From NCBI RefSeq assembly GCF_902459465.1, contig NC_047075.1, positions 3,038,001 through 3,102,000 on the forward strand: DNA of 64,000 bases, given 5' to 3'. Source of the stretch: Asterias rubens. Lineage: Eukaryota. The notes below the pieces were generated by a model. That model saw only the letters and a program-made list of their open reading frames with translations. It did not search any database and was not told the DNA's origin. A program made the position numbers and the translations under genes. Within the stretch, counting starts at the first letter, position 1. Each line of letters begins with the position of its first letter. This document shows positions 44,977-59,900 of this stretch, piece by piece.

Positions 44977-47900
44977 TGCAGCATGAGCAAATACTTTTTA
45001 CTTCATTATTTTTTTTCCCACAGGAAATTTTATTCAAACTTAAAACACAACTCCTCACTTTTCTGTTAACTTGAACAAAAATAATCAAAAAGTACAATTA
45101 ATTCAGTAAATATTTCAAATTGGAACTGCACTTACCGGTAGGCCAGTGGATGGTCGCCCGCCGTAGTTTGGGTTGTCAAGTCCTGTTGAGACCACTGGAG
45201 AATCCAAGCTATTACAAAAATAAAAATCCAGTGGAACAAATTATAAAATGCCTGGCTAGAACGCAGCAAGGGGAAACTTAATGGGCCTAGTACATCCATC
45301 TCGGTGTATTTGCTAACATTTCTGAAGAGTTGATTGACATACCTCGATCCGTTACCGTGTTCTAAAAGGAAATGTATCAATTGCACAAAGGTTCTAAAGG
45401 AAAGATCAACAGATTCAGAACAAAAACTGAAGATTACTTTTTGTTAAATAGTTATTCAATAGTTATCCCGACGGTCCGCAGACTGATCACTGATATTCAG
45501 TGCCTCATGTTTATTCATTAGCCTATTGACACTCCAACAATAGTGACAACCCGGCCCAACTCATTAACTTTGCTGCTATTGGCCGCACATAGCCGTTCTG
45601 TCGGCAGACTGTCTGCACTCCTTGGCAACACAGACTTGCCGGAACTTGCCGGAATGGCTGCAGACTTTCTGGGGGGTGTCGTGGTCGAGTGGATAAGAGC
45701 ACCGAACTCAAGCTCTGGTGCTTCTCTTCAGCAGAGTGTGGGTTCGAATCCCGGTCGTGACACTTGTGTCCCTGAGCAAGACACTTAACTATAATTGCTT
45801 CTCTCCACCCAGGGGTAAATGGCTACCTGTGAGTGTGAGGGCAGAGATGGTTCTTGTGATTGGTTTAGCCATGTAGCGCATATAATTGTCGCACAGGCTG
45901 TATACTCCCCAGGGAGCTGAGATGGTTTAAGGAATGATTTAAGGCCCAGTGACCAGGGGTAATAATGTCGGAAGCGCTTTGAGACACCCCGTGAAAAAGC
46001 GCTATATAAAAAACGTGTATTTTTTTTCTTTTTTTTTTCTTTTTCTGCAGAGGAACGGCTGGGGAATTTCGACAAGGCCCCTAATAGAAAATGCCAAGTC
46101 AGTGTTAGTTGTTACTTTAACATTCTTACAAACTTCAAGATAAATGAAGGCAAATAAAGCTGCAGCAATCAACAAAGTCAGGAACACTTACTCTTTCTTC
46201 GGTTGTCTGAATTTGACGAAGTACACTGCCACCGTGATGAGACCAATGGCGATGACGAGAATCAGGACGGTGAGACCAACAATCAAACCGATGCTGTTTC
46301 CTACATCTAGAAAGCGCAAATAAGGAAGAAGAAATAAAGAAATTTACATAATAATAATTTTTTAGAATAAGGGCATTGGCACACGAGGCAACTTTTGCAG
46401 GCAACTTGGAGGCAACCAACTGCAGTGCAAGCTACAAGACCACTTTGGTAGCACAGGGGTGGATTTCACAAAGGTAGTCCTAACTTAGGACTAGTCCTAG
46501 GCAATGCTAGGAGATAGGACCAGTCCTAAGTTAGGATGAGTTACTGGTCCTAACTTAGGACTATTCCTATCTCTTAGCATTGCCTAGGACTAGTCCTAAG
46601 TTAGGACTACCTTTGTGAAATCCACCCCTGGAGTCATTTTACAAACAATGTCTTACGATCCTCAAGAATAATTTGTGAACATTTAAATGTGAATGGATTG
46701 TCTTCTTGGAGATTGCCTGTAAATTGCCTCATGTGACATGGGCCTCAGGGTAGACTTGTGGAACAGTCGTTAAATGTCTGTCGCATTTCGGCTCTATTCC
46801 GAGTCTCCCCGCGATTCCCACGGTATTCTCACAAGACTGCTGGCCCAGCAGTTCGCGCGAGAGCAGTGATCTTGCGAGCACCGCCACAACTCGACTATCT
46901 CACCGTGGCAGACCATTAACGACTTGTCCACAAGTCTAGCCTCACGGAGGCATGGGTGGCTAGACCATAAAGCGCTTGCCTTTTACCCATGTTATAATAC
47001 ACTGGTTCTCTCCAATGCCACAAGGGTATGTATTTTATCCATCAAAATGATTGAAAAATCAAAATATGGTTTTTTTAAGGTTTTTTTTTAAGACTCTATT
47101 TCAGAAGTAATCAGGTGAAGATGCACAAAAGATAAAGATGACTTACTTGGCTCAAAGTTTTCCTCATCAGGATTTGTGGAATTTATAGCTGTAAAAACAA
47201 ATTGTAAAAAGATGTTTAAATTATGTTTACAAAAGAAGCAAAGCTTGGTTTTACAGTCATTGTTGCTACCACTATTATTATATTAGAAAGATAAAATTTC
47301 CTCAATAATCTGGGCTACTACAACTTCCTTGAAATAAAGTAAAATGCACATCTTACTAGCCCGATGGGATACTTTATAGCAAGCTTAATCACTAGGCCTG
47401 CATATTTGTAAAATATTTTATAGTTAGCAGCCACAAAAGTGCTGAATCTCCCTGAAATAGCGTTGCTTATAATTGAATAAAAATTACTCACAATCAATCA
47501 ATCAATCAACGTAATTTATAAAGCCCCAAATTAAACAATTGTTTTGGGGCGCTGAGGCAGAAAATGATCTGTTGGGCAATATCACGCTACCATCAGGCAA
47601 TGCATTCTGGGAAAGAAACAAAATATCGCAGCAAGATCGAACACTGCTGGGAATGAGGTTGAGCAATTACCTATGATGTTTCCCTTTTTAAAGACACTAT
47701 TGGTAATTGTCTAAGACCAGTCTTCTCGCTTGGTGATATCAACATATGCATAAAATAACAAACCTGTGAAAATCTTTACTCATTTGGTCGTCGAAGTTGC
47801 GAGATAAAAATGGAAAAAAAAACACCTTTGCCACACAAAGTTGTGTTTTTTCAGATGCTTGATTTGAGACCTCAAAATCTAATTCTGAGGTTTTGAAATC

Positions 47901-50900
47901 ATATTCGTTGAAAATGTTGTCTTTGTCGAAAACTAGATTACTTCAGAGGGAGCCGTTTCTCACAATGTTTTATACTATCAACCTCTCCCCATTACTCGTT
48001 ACCAAGTGAGGTTTTACGCTAATAATTATTTTGAGTAATTACCAATAGTAATTACCAATGATTCACAGTAGGTTTTAAATCCCTCCACAAATAAAAGAAC
48101 TCTCATGAAAACTTACAACACACGAATCCATCTTGTCGTTCATCATAGACGTCTGTTGGGCAATCCACGACACCATCACAAAGCCATGTCTTGGGAATGC
48201 AGATTTTATCGGCCGGGCAGAGAACTTCATCGTATCCACAGGAACCACCGACGTCAATTGGCGGTCCAGCTTCTGCAAAAATACCAATGTTATAAAGACT
48301 TGTAAGTTGTATCATGTTGTATGGCTTCTGACTTTTGTGGACATGTGATGTGTGCTCTATAAAACTTCTTTATTATTATTATTATTCTGAAAAGAACTGT
48401 CCCGTCCTGATCACTTACTTAAGGACTTCTCGTTACTATTTTCACTGCCACATACTGACTCTCTAATGGGAGATACCCACTGCGCAAGCGCTAACAGTTG
48501 AATGAGGTGCATGCTGGTCCAGCTAGCTTAGCGACCAAACTTGATCGCTAGCTAGACCAGCATGCACCTCATTTCACACACATGAGAGCAAGTTCAAGTG
48601 AGGCACTAAATTTGAGTGCATTTTGGCGACCCCAACCACAGCCCAACCGTGTCCACAAGTCGGTAACAGGTTGGTCTGAACAGCATTGTCATTGCGCCTC
48701 AACCGGGGTCGCCAAAACGCACTCTTGGTTGATTTTGCCTGGGACCCAGGATGTACTTAATGCATGTGGTAACCATGAAACATTGACCAATGGTCGACTA
48801 TAGTAACTCACTCGCACTTGCCCTAATGTTAAAGGAATGTTACAGAATTGGTAAGAAACAAAAATCGTGAAGATCACAGATTTACCTAAAACTTACAAGG
48901 TCTAATGATGATGATAGTAGAAAACATCCCATGAAATATTATTGTCTGAAATGTCATATTTGTTGAGAAATAAATAATCCTATCTCATGTTTGGAGTTTA
49001 TCGCTCAGTGAGCGTTTCATTCATTTTCTTTTTGCATCGATGCCATGCAAAAATGTGTTTTTGGTTTTTCACTACTTTCTCGTGAGCCAGACGGCCGATC
49101 GATCCCAAACTTCTACAGGTTTGTCAGTTTATGTAGATGGTGGATTACATAAAGTGCTTACAGTACCAGCAACTGTTTGGTCTGCAAAAACCAATTCTGT
49201 ATTGTTCCTTTAATGTTGTTCTGATCATGCTCACATTTCCAAAAACAATGGAATTACCTGGTAAGTCTGCTGCCACCCATTGGTCTCAAAATGTCCACTA
49301 CCTCAAATCCCATAACAAGTTTGTTCAACCTAATCTTTAGATAAACCAAATTTCAATTGATTACCTGGGTTTCCACAACCTTCCATAAATGAAACGTCAT
49401 CGATGGCGATATCGGCGTTTGTGGAGGTGTCGACGATCGCCTGGAACACCACAGAGAAGTTGTTGTTATTGGAGACAAAGAGACTGCCGTAATTCCAGCT
49501 GCTTCCCTGGTTCCCCGTCGCTGTCCACATCAGGGTCATGTGACCATCGGAGGAGGAAGATTTGGTGTAGACCTGTGGGAGGGCAAGAAACAGACGGTGG
49601 ATTATGTTGAAATCAACTGCGATTGAAAACTAGGGCTCAATTTCATGGCTCAAAGAACTGTGATAACTTATAATATAGGACTATATCAGTCTAATGGTAT
49701 GACAAAGCTCTAGTACCTGTAATGTGCCGACATTTGAGCCCTCCATATGGTACCAGAATCGCATCAAGCATACGTTGCTACTGGCCGGGAAGATGGGCGT
49801 GGCAACTCGGGCGAGGTCGCCTTGCCTCCGCCCCGATGCTTCGATGTATAGGAAACTCCCTGACAGGAAAACACGATTCAATTGTTGTAATAATAGCATC
49901 AGGGAAAATAGTTAGATTTTGTTACACCATCTTATCAGGGTACAGAGCCGAGTAGTTTAGAGCATCAGATTCAAGTTCTGGGGTTGAGGTTATCAGAGGG
50001 TGGTATTGAATCCCGGTCGTTATAGTTACCTCTTGCACTGTGGTCGGTACTCGGCCCAGTGCTGGTAGTTGGTGTGCTCTCTCCCTGGGACCAGTCAAAA
50101 TTGTCGCTGTCGAGCTGTCTCCAGCCGCAGGAAGTTGCGAACGGGTAATCGTCGAAACGGCAGTCGGCAGGCTGGCGCTCTGCATGCAAGGGGAACCAGG
50201 GAGATAAATAGAGCTGGGTTAAATAAGTACTAAGGCTGAAATAATAATGCACTTAAAAAAGTTGAATCAATCGTATATACAATTCATAATTTACATCTTA
50301 TCACGAGATGGCATCACTCCAGAAATATTTTTGACTTGTGGATGTACCAAGGCAACACAGATCAGCGAGATACATTTTGTTTGGTGAGGAAGATTGATTT
50401 TTTCCTGTGTAGAATTTAAAATGAACTCAAATAACTGGGAATCAATAGGTTCGAAATGGAAAACCTGAGGCCTACTTTACCAAAATAATTTTTCGAAGGG
50501 GAAAAAAGAAAAGCTGTTGTTACCACAATTTTCTTTATATCCGCCGTTCGTGCAGTCGAAACCAAAATTACAAAAGCTTGGCCATTTTATATTCAAACAC
50601 AAACAAAAAGCAAGCAGTGAAAGAGTTAAAGGTATACATATTATAGATTTGGTAAAAAAAAAAAAGTTGTCTAAAGATCACAGATTTACATAAAACCTAA
50701 CCGGTCTAATGATCATGGTAGTAGAAAACATCCCTTGAAATATTTCTGTCTGAAATGTCATATTTGATTTTTAGTTGATGCAATGCAACTGATTAATCGT
50801 TCTCACTGTTTTCTTGTGACCCAGATGGCCGATCAATCTCAAACTTCTACAGGTTTGTCAGTTTATGTATATTGCGATTACATAAAATGCTTACACTGCC

Positions 50901-53900
50901 AGCAACTGTTTTGTTGGCAAAACCAATTTGGTAATATTCCTTTAAGTAGAAAAAAAACAGGCCAATGGGGAAAACAAAAATCTGTCGTTACCACAATTTT
51001 CTTCATCTCCACCATCCGTGCAATCGAAACCGAAATCGCAGACCCGAGTGAGGGCGATACACTGACCGTTGCTGCATGTGAACTCAGCGTCTGAGCAAGA
51101 CCTGGTGAAATCATCTGCAACGAAGACAAAGAAGGTACACAGTGGAGATTAATATCCGGTTTGAGGCAAGGACCAACACTAAGTTATCACACAAGCGCGA
51201 GTGGAATACAGAAAAATATAGCGTTCTGCAACCCTTATCCAACGAAATAAGAGTATCAACAAAAGAATACACTGACAATGCGCCTGTCTGACCAGTGGAA
51301 AAAGATAGGAGACCTCCTGCTAGCGGCCGATTAGTGAGCCCGATTAGATCTCTTTGTACTAGGGTGTGGTACCGCCACTCTGCACCGTTGCCTTCATGTA
51401 AAGTTGAATCATTGGAGACAAGAATTGTGAATACACACGTTTTCATTTACCGTTTGTGGTGTTTACATGGAAATATCATAGCATATTTTTATCAGGTCTC
51501 AAAAAAGTTTTTTTTTTCTTTATTATATCCAAACGACAAACGACACCATAGTTGAGTGAAGAACCAAGTGCGCACACGCAAACTCACATCTAGGTCGCCC
51601 GTTGTTTGTATAAGGTATGTGGGTGATTACGAGGTGTCGTTAAACGACCGCGGTACCACAGGTTCGGCTTTTGAAGTCTCTTCGTTCGAGCTCCTTCTCT
51701 TCCTTCCTCCATGGTTACATGTCACTTCCCAAAAGCCAAAATCAATTTTCCCTCACCATCTCGACAGTTTTCTAAAGTGACGTCGTCAATGGCGATATTC
51801 CCGCTGACAACGCTACCTCTGACGGCCTCGATGACGATAGCAAAATTATCTTGTCGACCGATGAGAAGGTCGCCGGTAAACTGCCACGCTGACCCCTGGT
51901 TGTCTGCTACAGCAAAGAGTTGTGTGACCTAGGGTTTGAGAGACGTACAAATAAATTGGAAGAATTTGCCGTGCTTTTGACCGCTCTCAAACATTGTATC
52001 ACTTCACTTTTTGCACACAAAAAATAAGTACCAAAAATTGCCAACCTTTCGATCTGTCCTGATGAACACCCCTAAAGAGCCAATGGTATTGCCCTCCATG
52101 TGGTACCATAGCGACAGCGTGCAGGCGCCCCCGGAGTGCTGGTAGGCCAACGACTGGAGGTGGGCTTTCTCCTGAGCGTCTCCAATGATATCAGATGAGC
52201 GACTGGTATCCACGTACAGGTAGTAACCTAGACAATGAAAACAAAATCAGTGGTAACCCACAGAAAATCAAACCTGGATCCCATTCTGGTTGCCTGCAGG
52301 ATTATATTCATAGCAGGGATCCCGTTTGGAAGACCATTGCTTGACTGGTATCCACGTACCGTTCAGATAATAAATAATACTGAAGTCTTATATAGCGCAC
52401 GTACATGTATCTACCAAACAAGGTACTCAAGGCGCTGAGTATATACAAACTATCAGAAAGATATATTATTGCAGTGTTGAACTCTGAGACCCAATTAGTT
52501 AGCACCTTATAAGGGTTTACAAGGTGCTACGGCGATTTAAGCAGCCACAGCCAGGAGCACCAAGGCGAACCCCTTCTCTTTTTCGATAAGTGCACTGGGT
52601 TCTTTTACGTGCGTTACACAACACAACGGCTTTACGTCCCTATCCAAAACGAATCAATGGTTAAGTGACTCATTAAGGTCACAAGTGTCACGGCTGTGGA
52701 TTCGAACCCTCCCTCTGCTGATCAGAAACACCAGAGTTTGAATTCAGTGCTCTTAACCGCTGGGCCACGACACTTCCAAGGTAAGAACCTGAGCAGTGAC
52801 AAATAGTCACAAATGTTACCTGCTTTGACAAACTAGTTTGTCATCTTCCAAAACCTCGGGGAGTCGACTGTTCACCCGAAAGAAACCATGATGTATTTGT
52901 GTTACTTCATACATATTCATGACTTTTTACCGGCACAATATGATTAGGAGCAAGGGGATCAGAAAATGACGACTGTGAAATAAAAATGCATCGCCCAGGA
53001 TAAGTTTTTGCATAAACTCATTTTGTTATTTCTACACTTTAACACAAAAAAAATTACTGAATCTAGTTGTGTTTTTCCATGAACGCAGAAGCGTAGAACT
53101 TTCACGGAACAGTTCCACAGTGGTAAAGCACAACAATACCTAGATCTGTCTGTAGGGTGTGGTCGGTCGTGGGTCCGGTGTTCAGGTTCTCTGTCTGATC
53201 TCCACTGCCTCTCATCCAGTCAAGGCTTTCCTTGTACGAGTCTTTCCAGCCGCAGGTATCCATTTCAAAATCACAGCTGTTTCCTGAAGGAAGGAAATCA
53301 CAAGTAAAAAACTGAATTTTTATTTTGGTTTTACCCATAATTTTTTAACTGTTATTAAAAGCATTCAAACATTAAAGAGATTAAAGCCATTGGACACTTT
53401 CGGTAAACAGTATTGTCCAAAGGCCACACTTCGTGTATCACAACAAAATAACAAACCTGTTCAAATTTAGGCTCAATCGGTCATCAGAGTCGGGAGAAAT
53501 TAACGGGAAAACCCACCCTTGTTTACGCACGTTTCGCCATGTCATGACATGTGTTTAAAATAAATTTGTACTTCTCGCTATCAAGAATTGATAATTGTTT
53601 TAACGCTTTCTCAAAAAGTAAAGCCTTTCATGGAATAATATTTCAAGAGAAGTCTTTCACCATTATCTTCTGTAAACCCTGTAAGTTATTTGTAAATATG
53701 TGAACTTTTTTTCTCTTCCGAAAGTGTATAATGGCTTTAATGTAGATTATTACGTTTTTTTTTTAATTTACAATTCAAGATCGCCATATCAAGGCCTAAT
53801 TTCATGGCTCCCTTTACTGTAAAAAAAAAAAGGAGCTTACAGTAGCAGGGAATTACGCACTTAAGTCAAGAGTATCTCATGGGTGAGCAGGGATTATTTG

Positions 53901-56900
53901 TACACGTGTGTACTCGTTGTTACTACGCATTCTTCGCTTACACTGAAATATAATAAGTCAAAAATTTACCACAGATTTCGTCCGACCTGTCCGCACAGTC
54001 GACGACAAAGTCGCATCGGCTCAGCTCGTCGTAGCACTGGTTCGTAATGGCGCACTTCAGTCGGCCGTCTGTGCAGTACTGTCGCGTGGAGTTGTTGAAG
54101 GGGGAGTCTACCATGACTCCGCCCCCAATGCAGGAGCCAGAGAAGGAGAAGTCATCCAATGCGATCTCGCTCTGGGCGCCATCTCCAATGACACCCTTCA
54201 CGACAATCTGAGGTGCGGAAGATCACAAAAATTATACCAAACTTTTTAATGTAAATATATCTACAAGTCAACATTTTGAAACTGGTTTCACAGCCAGGGG
54301 TGTACAAAATTCAAGTTTACATAAAACCTGTAGGACGAGATGAGCTATTGCTTCTCTCCACCCAGGGGTAAATGGGGACCTGTGAGGGCAGAGATGGTTC
54401 TTGTGATTGATTTAGCCGAGTAACGCATTTGTTGCACGAGGCTGTATACTCCCCACGGAGCTGAGATGGTTTAAGAAGTGATTAAGGCCCAGTGACCAGG
54501 GGTAATAATTTGAAGCGCTTTGAGACACCCATTCGGGAGTGAAAAAGCGCTATAAACTCAAAGTATTATTATTAGTGTTATGAATTTCATGGACCATAAA
54601 AAGGACAAATGAGAGTGTGATTACTGAAGAAGAAGTATAACACTTGTTTCATTCAGGCGCTCCAGAGTCGTGCAAAACCAAATTTTGAATTTAGTACTTA
54701 AAAAGTCAGACGTCTGAAACAGTTACATGTAGGAGTTACTGGATGCGCTAGAAGTAGAGTAAAATGTTGACTCTTGCAGTCGTTCTTGAAGTAAAGTAAA
54801 ATGTTGACTCTTGCAATCGTTCAGAACGACTCTGGAGCGCCTTTGTTTCAGACGTCGATCGTGTCATGAGCCGAACTTAATGTGAATGTTATGTTAAGTT
54901 GGTATGTCTGAAACCAAAATTTATTTGGGTGTACCTAGAGTCGCTCCTAATCTATTTGGTTCAGCGCAACTCTGGAGCGCCTGTCTGAAATTTGTGTAAG
55001 ACGATAAAATGAATTACTTTCTCTCCGATGAGAAACTTACATCAAAGTCTTTTCCACGGTTCGGTATGGGTACTTCCCTGAGCTGCCAGTAGTCCCCTTG
55101 CTCACCGGTGATTAAATCGATCAAGTTGACCTCTTCCGGTATTCGGTATGAGGTCACCTGAATGACCTCGAGGCTCCCGATCTCTTTGCCTTTCATGTTG
55201 TACCAGAAACGAAACTAATGTAAGAAACAATAAACAAAGAATTTAAATCAGGGATAAAGAATATTATTTTGTTTCACCCCTACACCGATGTGTGCAAGCA
55301 CTGTAAACTCAGTACATTTCGATGCAAATTTGTCATTAAAGGCAGTGGACACTATTGGTAATTACTCAAAATAGATACTATCATAAAACATTTCTTGATT
55401 ACGAGTAATGGGGAGAGGTTGATAGTATAAAACATTGTGCGAAACAGCTCCCTCTGAAGAGACGTAGTTTTCGAGAAAGAAGTAATTTTCCACAAATTTG
55501 ATTTCGAGACCTCAAGTTTAGAATTTGAGGTCTCGAAATCAAGCATCTGAAAGCACACAACTTTGTGTGACCATGGTGCGACAAGGGTGTTTTTTCTTTC
55601 ATTAATATCTCGCAACTTCGATGACCGATTGAGGTCACATTTTCACAGGTTTGTTATTCTATGCATATATTGAGATACACCAACTGTGAAGACTAGTTTT
55701 TGACAATTACCAATAGTGTCCAGTGTCTTTAAACGAGTGCATATTAGTGGTTTTCCTTTCACACACAGCGCGGCCAACTCACTGACAACGCCTGCATCGC
55801 CCGTAACAAGAAACGTCTTGCATCAAGACTAGCGCAGACAACCGGTTATAAACACTGGTCATTATCAACGGTTTAAACACCCCCACGTGACGCGCTCTCC
55901 ACCAATAGGAATAGTGAAACTGTCTGAGGTATTTATGAATGTAGGACTAGTACTGCCTCTAGCTACCAGGCAATCTCAGTGGTCTAATTGATAAGACTTC
56001 TGCTCTAGGTGATGTTCGAATCCAACTTGCTTTTTAAGGACCCAAGGTTCACTACCGGGACTCAAACCCACACTCTGCTGATCAGAAACACCAGAGCTTG
56101 AGTCCAATGCGCTTAACTTCTCAGTCACAACATGCCACATGTCTTTGTGGTCAACCCCTTGTCATAGGAGACCCTGGTCAGGGGTTACTAGGGGTCAGAG
56201 AAAATTAGGGGGGAAAAGGTTTGTCTTCCAGAACCTGTTGTAACTCTTTGAACATCAGCCTCCCAGCTGTCAGGTTGGCTCAGTGGTTTCTTTCCCTGGT
56301 CGACTCCCACCTTAAAGACAGTGGACACTATTGGTAATTGTCAAACACCGGTCTTCTCAACATATGCATAAAATAACAAACCTGTGAAAATTTTAAGCTC
56401 GATTGGTCGTCGGAGTTGCGAGATAATACTGAAAGAAAACTACCCTTGTCACACGTAGATACTGAGATACTGAGATAGCATCTTTAAGCCAAAGCCTCAC
56501 CTTGCAATCTTCAGTGCTCTTCCTGCTCATGGTAGGACTGTGGATTCGAGCTCTGTCTCCAGGCTGTCTCGGACTCAATGCCTCCGTGTAGATATAGTAA
56601 CCTATGTATACAGCGGGAATAGAAAAATTATAATACATGTATTGTTCAAATGCACAGAGAGGCCGCCCTATATTCAACCGATCCAGAAACAATGGGACGT
56701 GTTGTGAGTGTGTTATCCATGTGCATGTCCCCTAAGTCAAAATCTCTTAATACTGCTGAGCAAACAATTAACAGGATACCAGGTTATACTTGGATGACCT
56801 TGTTGAAATTTATTGATGTGGTTTTAAATTCACAAAGTTTTCGCGTCGAAAAACAAAACTCACCGTTTGCGTAATTCAATGATGTGTGATCATGCAGGGG

Positions 56901-59900
56901 TCCTGTGCCTGGATTGATCGAGTTGCCCCCTCTCAGCGTCCAATCAAAATCATCCTCGTCATCTTGGAACCAACCACAAGTGTCCAAAGAGAAGTCACAA
57001 CGAGCCGGGTAACCCTCTGGTTTCGGAAGATGAAACAACAGTTAGTATTAGTTCAGTTCTATTACGCTTTACACTGACAAATCAATCAATCAATCAATCA
57101 ATCGTTAAATTTATAAGGCGCTAATCCAACAGACGTTGTTCATAGCGCCGTACAGTAGGCTTTTGAAAAAAGATGAAATTTTAAGCAAAGTTTTGATATA
57201 AATATATTCAAATCGATAAACTAAGATACAAAGAAGCAAAGTAGATTAAAATACCAAGCCAGTGAGTGGCAAGGACGAATAGGTGACAAGTATCACAACA
57301 AAGTGTCCGGCCACAAAGAATATCCCCTACACAAACCCCTCAGTATAAAAACCACACACCTCTCTGTTTAAAAAAACCCCATCCCTCAGAGTGAGTACAA
57401 AAGCGGAAAAGGGGGGGGGGTGCTTGAAGGCGGGCCTGACAAAATATTGTTTACTACGATTATTTGTATTAAAAAAAAAACTTAAAAAATGGTTTAAAAT
57501 TTTTTCTTTTTTTTTGGGGGGGGGGGGGGGTCAGGAGAAATCACATCCCTCTGGTAAAGCATGCTTGACAAGCAAAAGATGTAAGTCGTAGTGGGAAAAA
57601 ACCCTGCAACTTACCGCAGTGAAGCTCATCAGAGTAGTCCAAGCAATCGTTGCCATAGTCACATACTCTGGCCGCATCGATGCAGTACGAGTTACTACAT
57701 CTAAACTGGTTCTCAGTGCACGGGGTACCGTCAAACACTGTAGAGTAAGGAATACAAATATCATGATTGCTGGTGACGACCATGTTAAAGTGTTGGAGTC
57801 ATGTTTGCACCGGTGTCCAATTAATAAAGGCCGAGACACACTGCAGCGATAACAACAATGATAACGATCACGACGCAAAAAGAACGCATTCTATTAAGGA
57901 AGAAAGCAGCTGAAAAGAGAAAGTCTCACATGCCTGAATAGTGTACACACTCAGGCCTGATACTTCACGGAGGCAACGAAGGCGATTGCCTCCGTTGCCC
58001 CTTGCCATTGCCTTGATGCCCATGAAATGCTCCAGTAGAAATTTAGAATTTCCTCATAGGGTGCCCTTGCCAAAGAGAAAATTGCCTTGGTGCCCTTGCC
58101 CTTTCAAAAACGAAGCATACAGCCCTGCACACTGCAAAGCTCGATTGCTAATGAATATGCATGAGGCATGATGACCAAGATTTGAATACTGCATTTACAC
58201 ACAGCATAAATACTTATGAATATGCATGAGGTGTGATTTGATTACTCACATGGCGGTTCACAGTCGATGAAAGTGACATCATCAATTGTCATATCACCGA
58301 CAAAACTGGCACCTCGTCGAGCTTGGATTATAACCTTAAAAAAACAAAAGTGATTTCTAATCAAAGAGAGTTTGACGTCATATGTTCAGGCTAGGTATTA
58401 TGAATGTTATGGGGAAAAATGGCACAGCGAGATCGTACACAACGAGGTTGGCGTATCCAGACTGGATTGCTGAATGTGGTAGTGCCGGACGGCTCACCTT
58501 AAAATTACTGACGCCACCGATGTAAACCTGTTCCTTCTTCCATTTATTCTCGTTGGTGCCCCCGACCCGGTACCACAGCGTCCTCCGATAGCCGTTGGCC
58601 TCCGTGTAGACGGTGAGGACATCCAGGTCCGTTCCGAACATGTGGTAGTAGAACTTCATCTGGCAGTTGCCACCGGATTGCTTGATGGTCGGTGTGTTGA
58701 GCTCGGTGGTGTCAAAGATGGTGCCGGGCGAGCTGTCAACGAACATGTACCACTCTAGAGAAGATTTCAGACACACACAAGGTGAAATCTGGACTGTTTC
58801 ATTTCACAAATGAAGCAAAAATTAAATTTCCCAAGGGAATATATAAGCCCACAAGACCACAGGGCATTGTTACTGGCCCAGAATTCTTTTTAAAGGCAGT
58901 GGACACTATCCATTCTATTGGTAATTACTCAAAATAATTTTAGCATAAAACCTTACTTGGTAACGAGTAATGAGGAGAGGTTGATAGTATAAAACATTGT
59001 GAGAAACGGCTCCCTCTGGTGACATAGTTTTCGAGAAAGAAGTAATTTTCCACGAATTTGATTTCGAGACCTCAGGTTTAGAATTTGAGGTCTCGAAATC
59101 AACCATCTAAAAGCACACAACTTGTGTGACAAGGGTGTTTTTTTCTTTCATTATTATCTCGCAACTTGGACGACCAATTGAGTTCAAATTTTCACAGGTT
59201 TGTCATTTTGTGCATATGTTGAGATACACCAAGAGAGAAGACTGGTCTTTGACAATTACCAATAGTGCCCAGTGTCTTTAAATTTATTACACAGTGAAGT
59301 ATTATATTCAACTGTAAAACACAAAACTGCCAATCTTGAGTTTACTGGCCTGACACTGAAGCCCTGCCACTAAATTTGATGACATCTTACAAAGGGTGCG
59401 TTCGTTTAGCTTCCCTGGGTCGACCCCGCGGTGCTCACTCGGGTGAGCCCCTGACAAGAGCTAATCGAACAATCACACTTGCCCTCTCGTTGTAACGTCA
59501 TGCACCTTGGGCCAGCCCCCAAGTGACCCACTCCACAAGCAGGGCACTTGGGGCTGACCCGCGTGAGCCCCTGGAATGACGTCAAAGCTATTCAAACGCA
59601 CCGAGGGCAGACCGGGGGCAGACCCAGGGAAGCTAATCGAACGCATCTATAGATTAGTTGTCTGTAAAAACTAGGAGATCAAAATGTTGCAACTCTTACA
59701 AAAGCTGATGATGTTTAATTTTCACAACAGTTCAATTATTTGAATCCAAAACTTTACTCACCATTTGCTGTTCCAGTGCTGTGGTCCGTGTCCGGCCTCG
59801 ACTCACCCCCTTCCTGGGAGTTGGGTTGACCCCTGACCCACTCAAAAGTTGGGAGACCTCGATTTACATCTGAACCTTGACCTTCTCGGGATCTTGGCTC

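Noticed and set aside
45343-45361. Candidate 19-nt micro-exon (ttttag|AACACGGTAACGGATCGAG|gtatgt) in the receptor tail
   Set aside because: Good splice signals, but after the phase 2 TM exon it reads into TAA. The TM exon joins 45208 in frame without it.
45671-45760. tRNA gene
   Set aside because: A and B boxes are present, but there is no cloverleaf acceptor stem, and the sequence continues into a repeated SINE body and tail.
52335-52351. 17-nt match (gactggtatccacgtac) to the neighbouring MAM exon
   Set aside because: Too short to call an exon duplicate, with no splice context.
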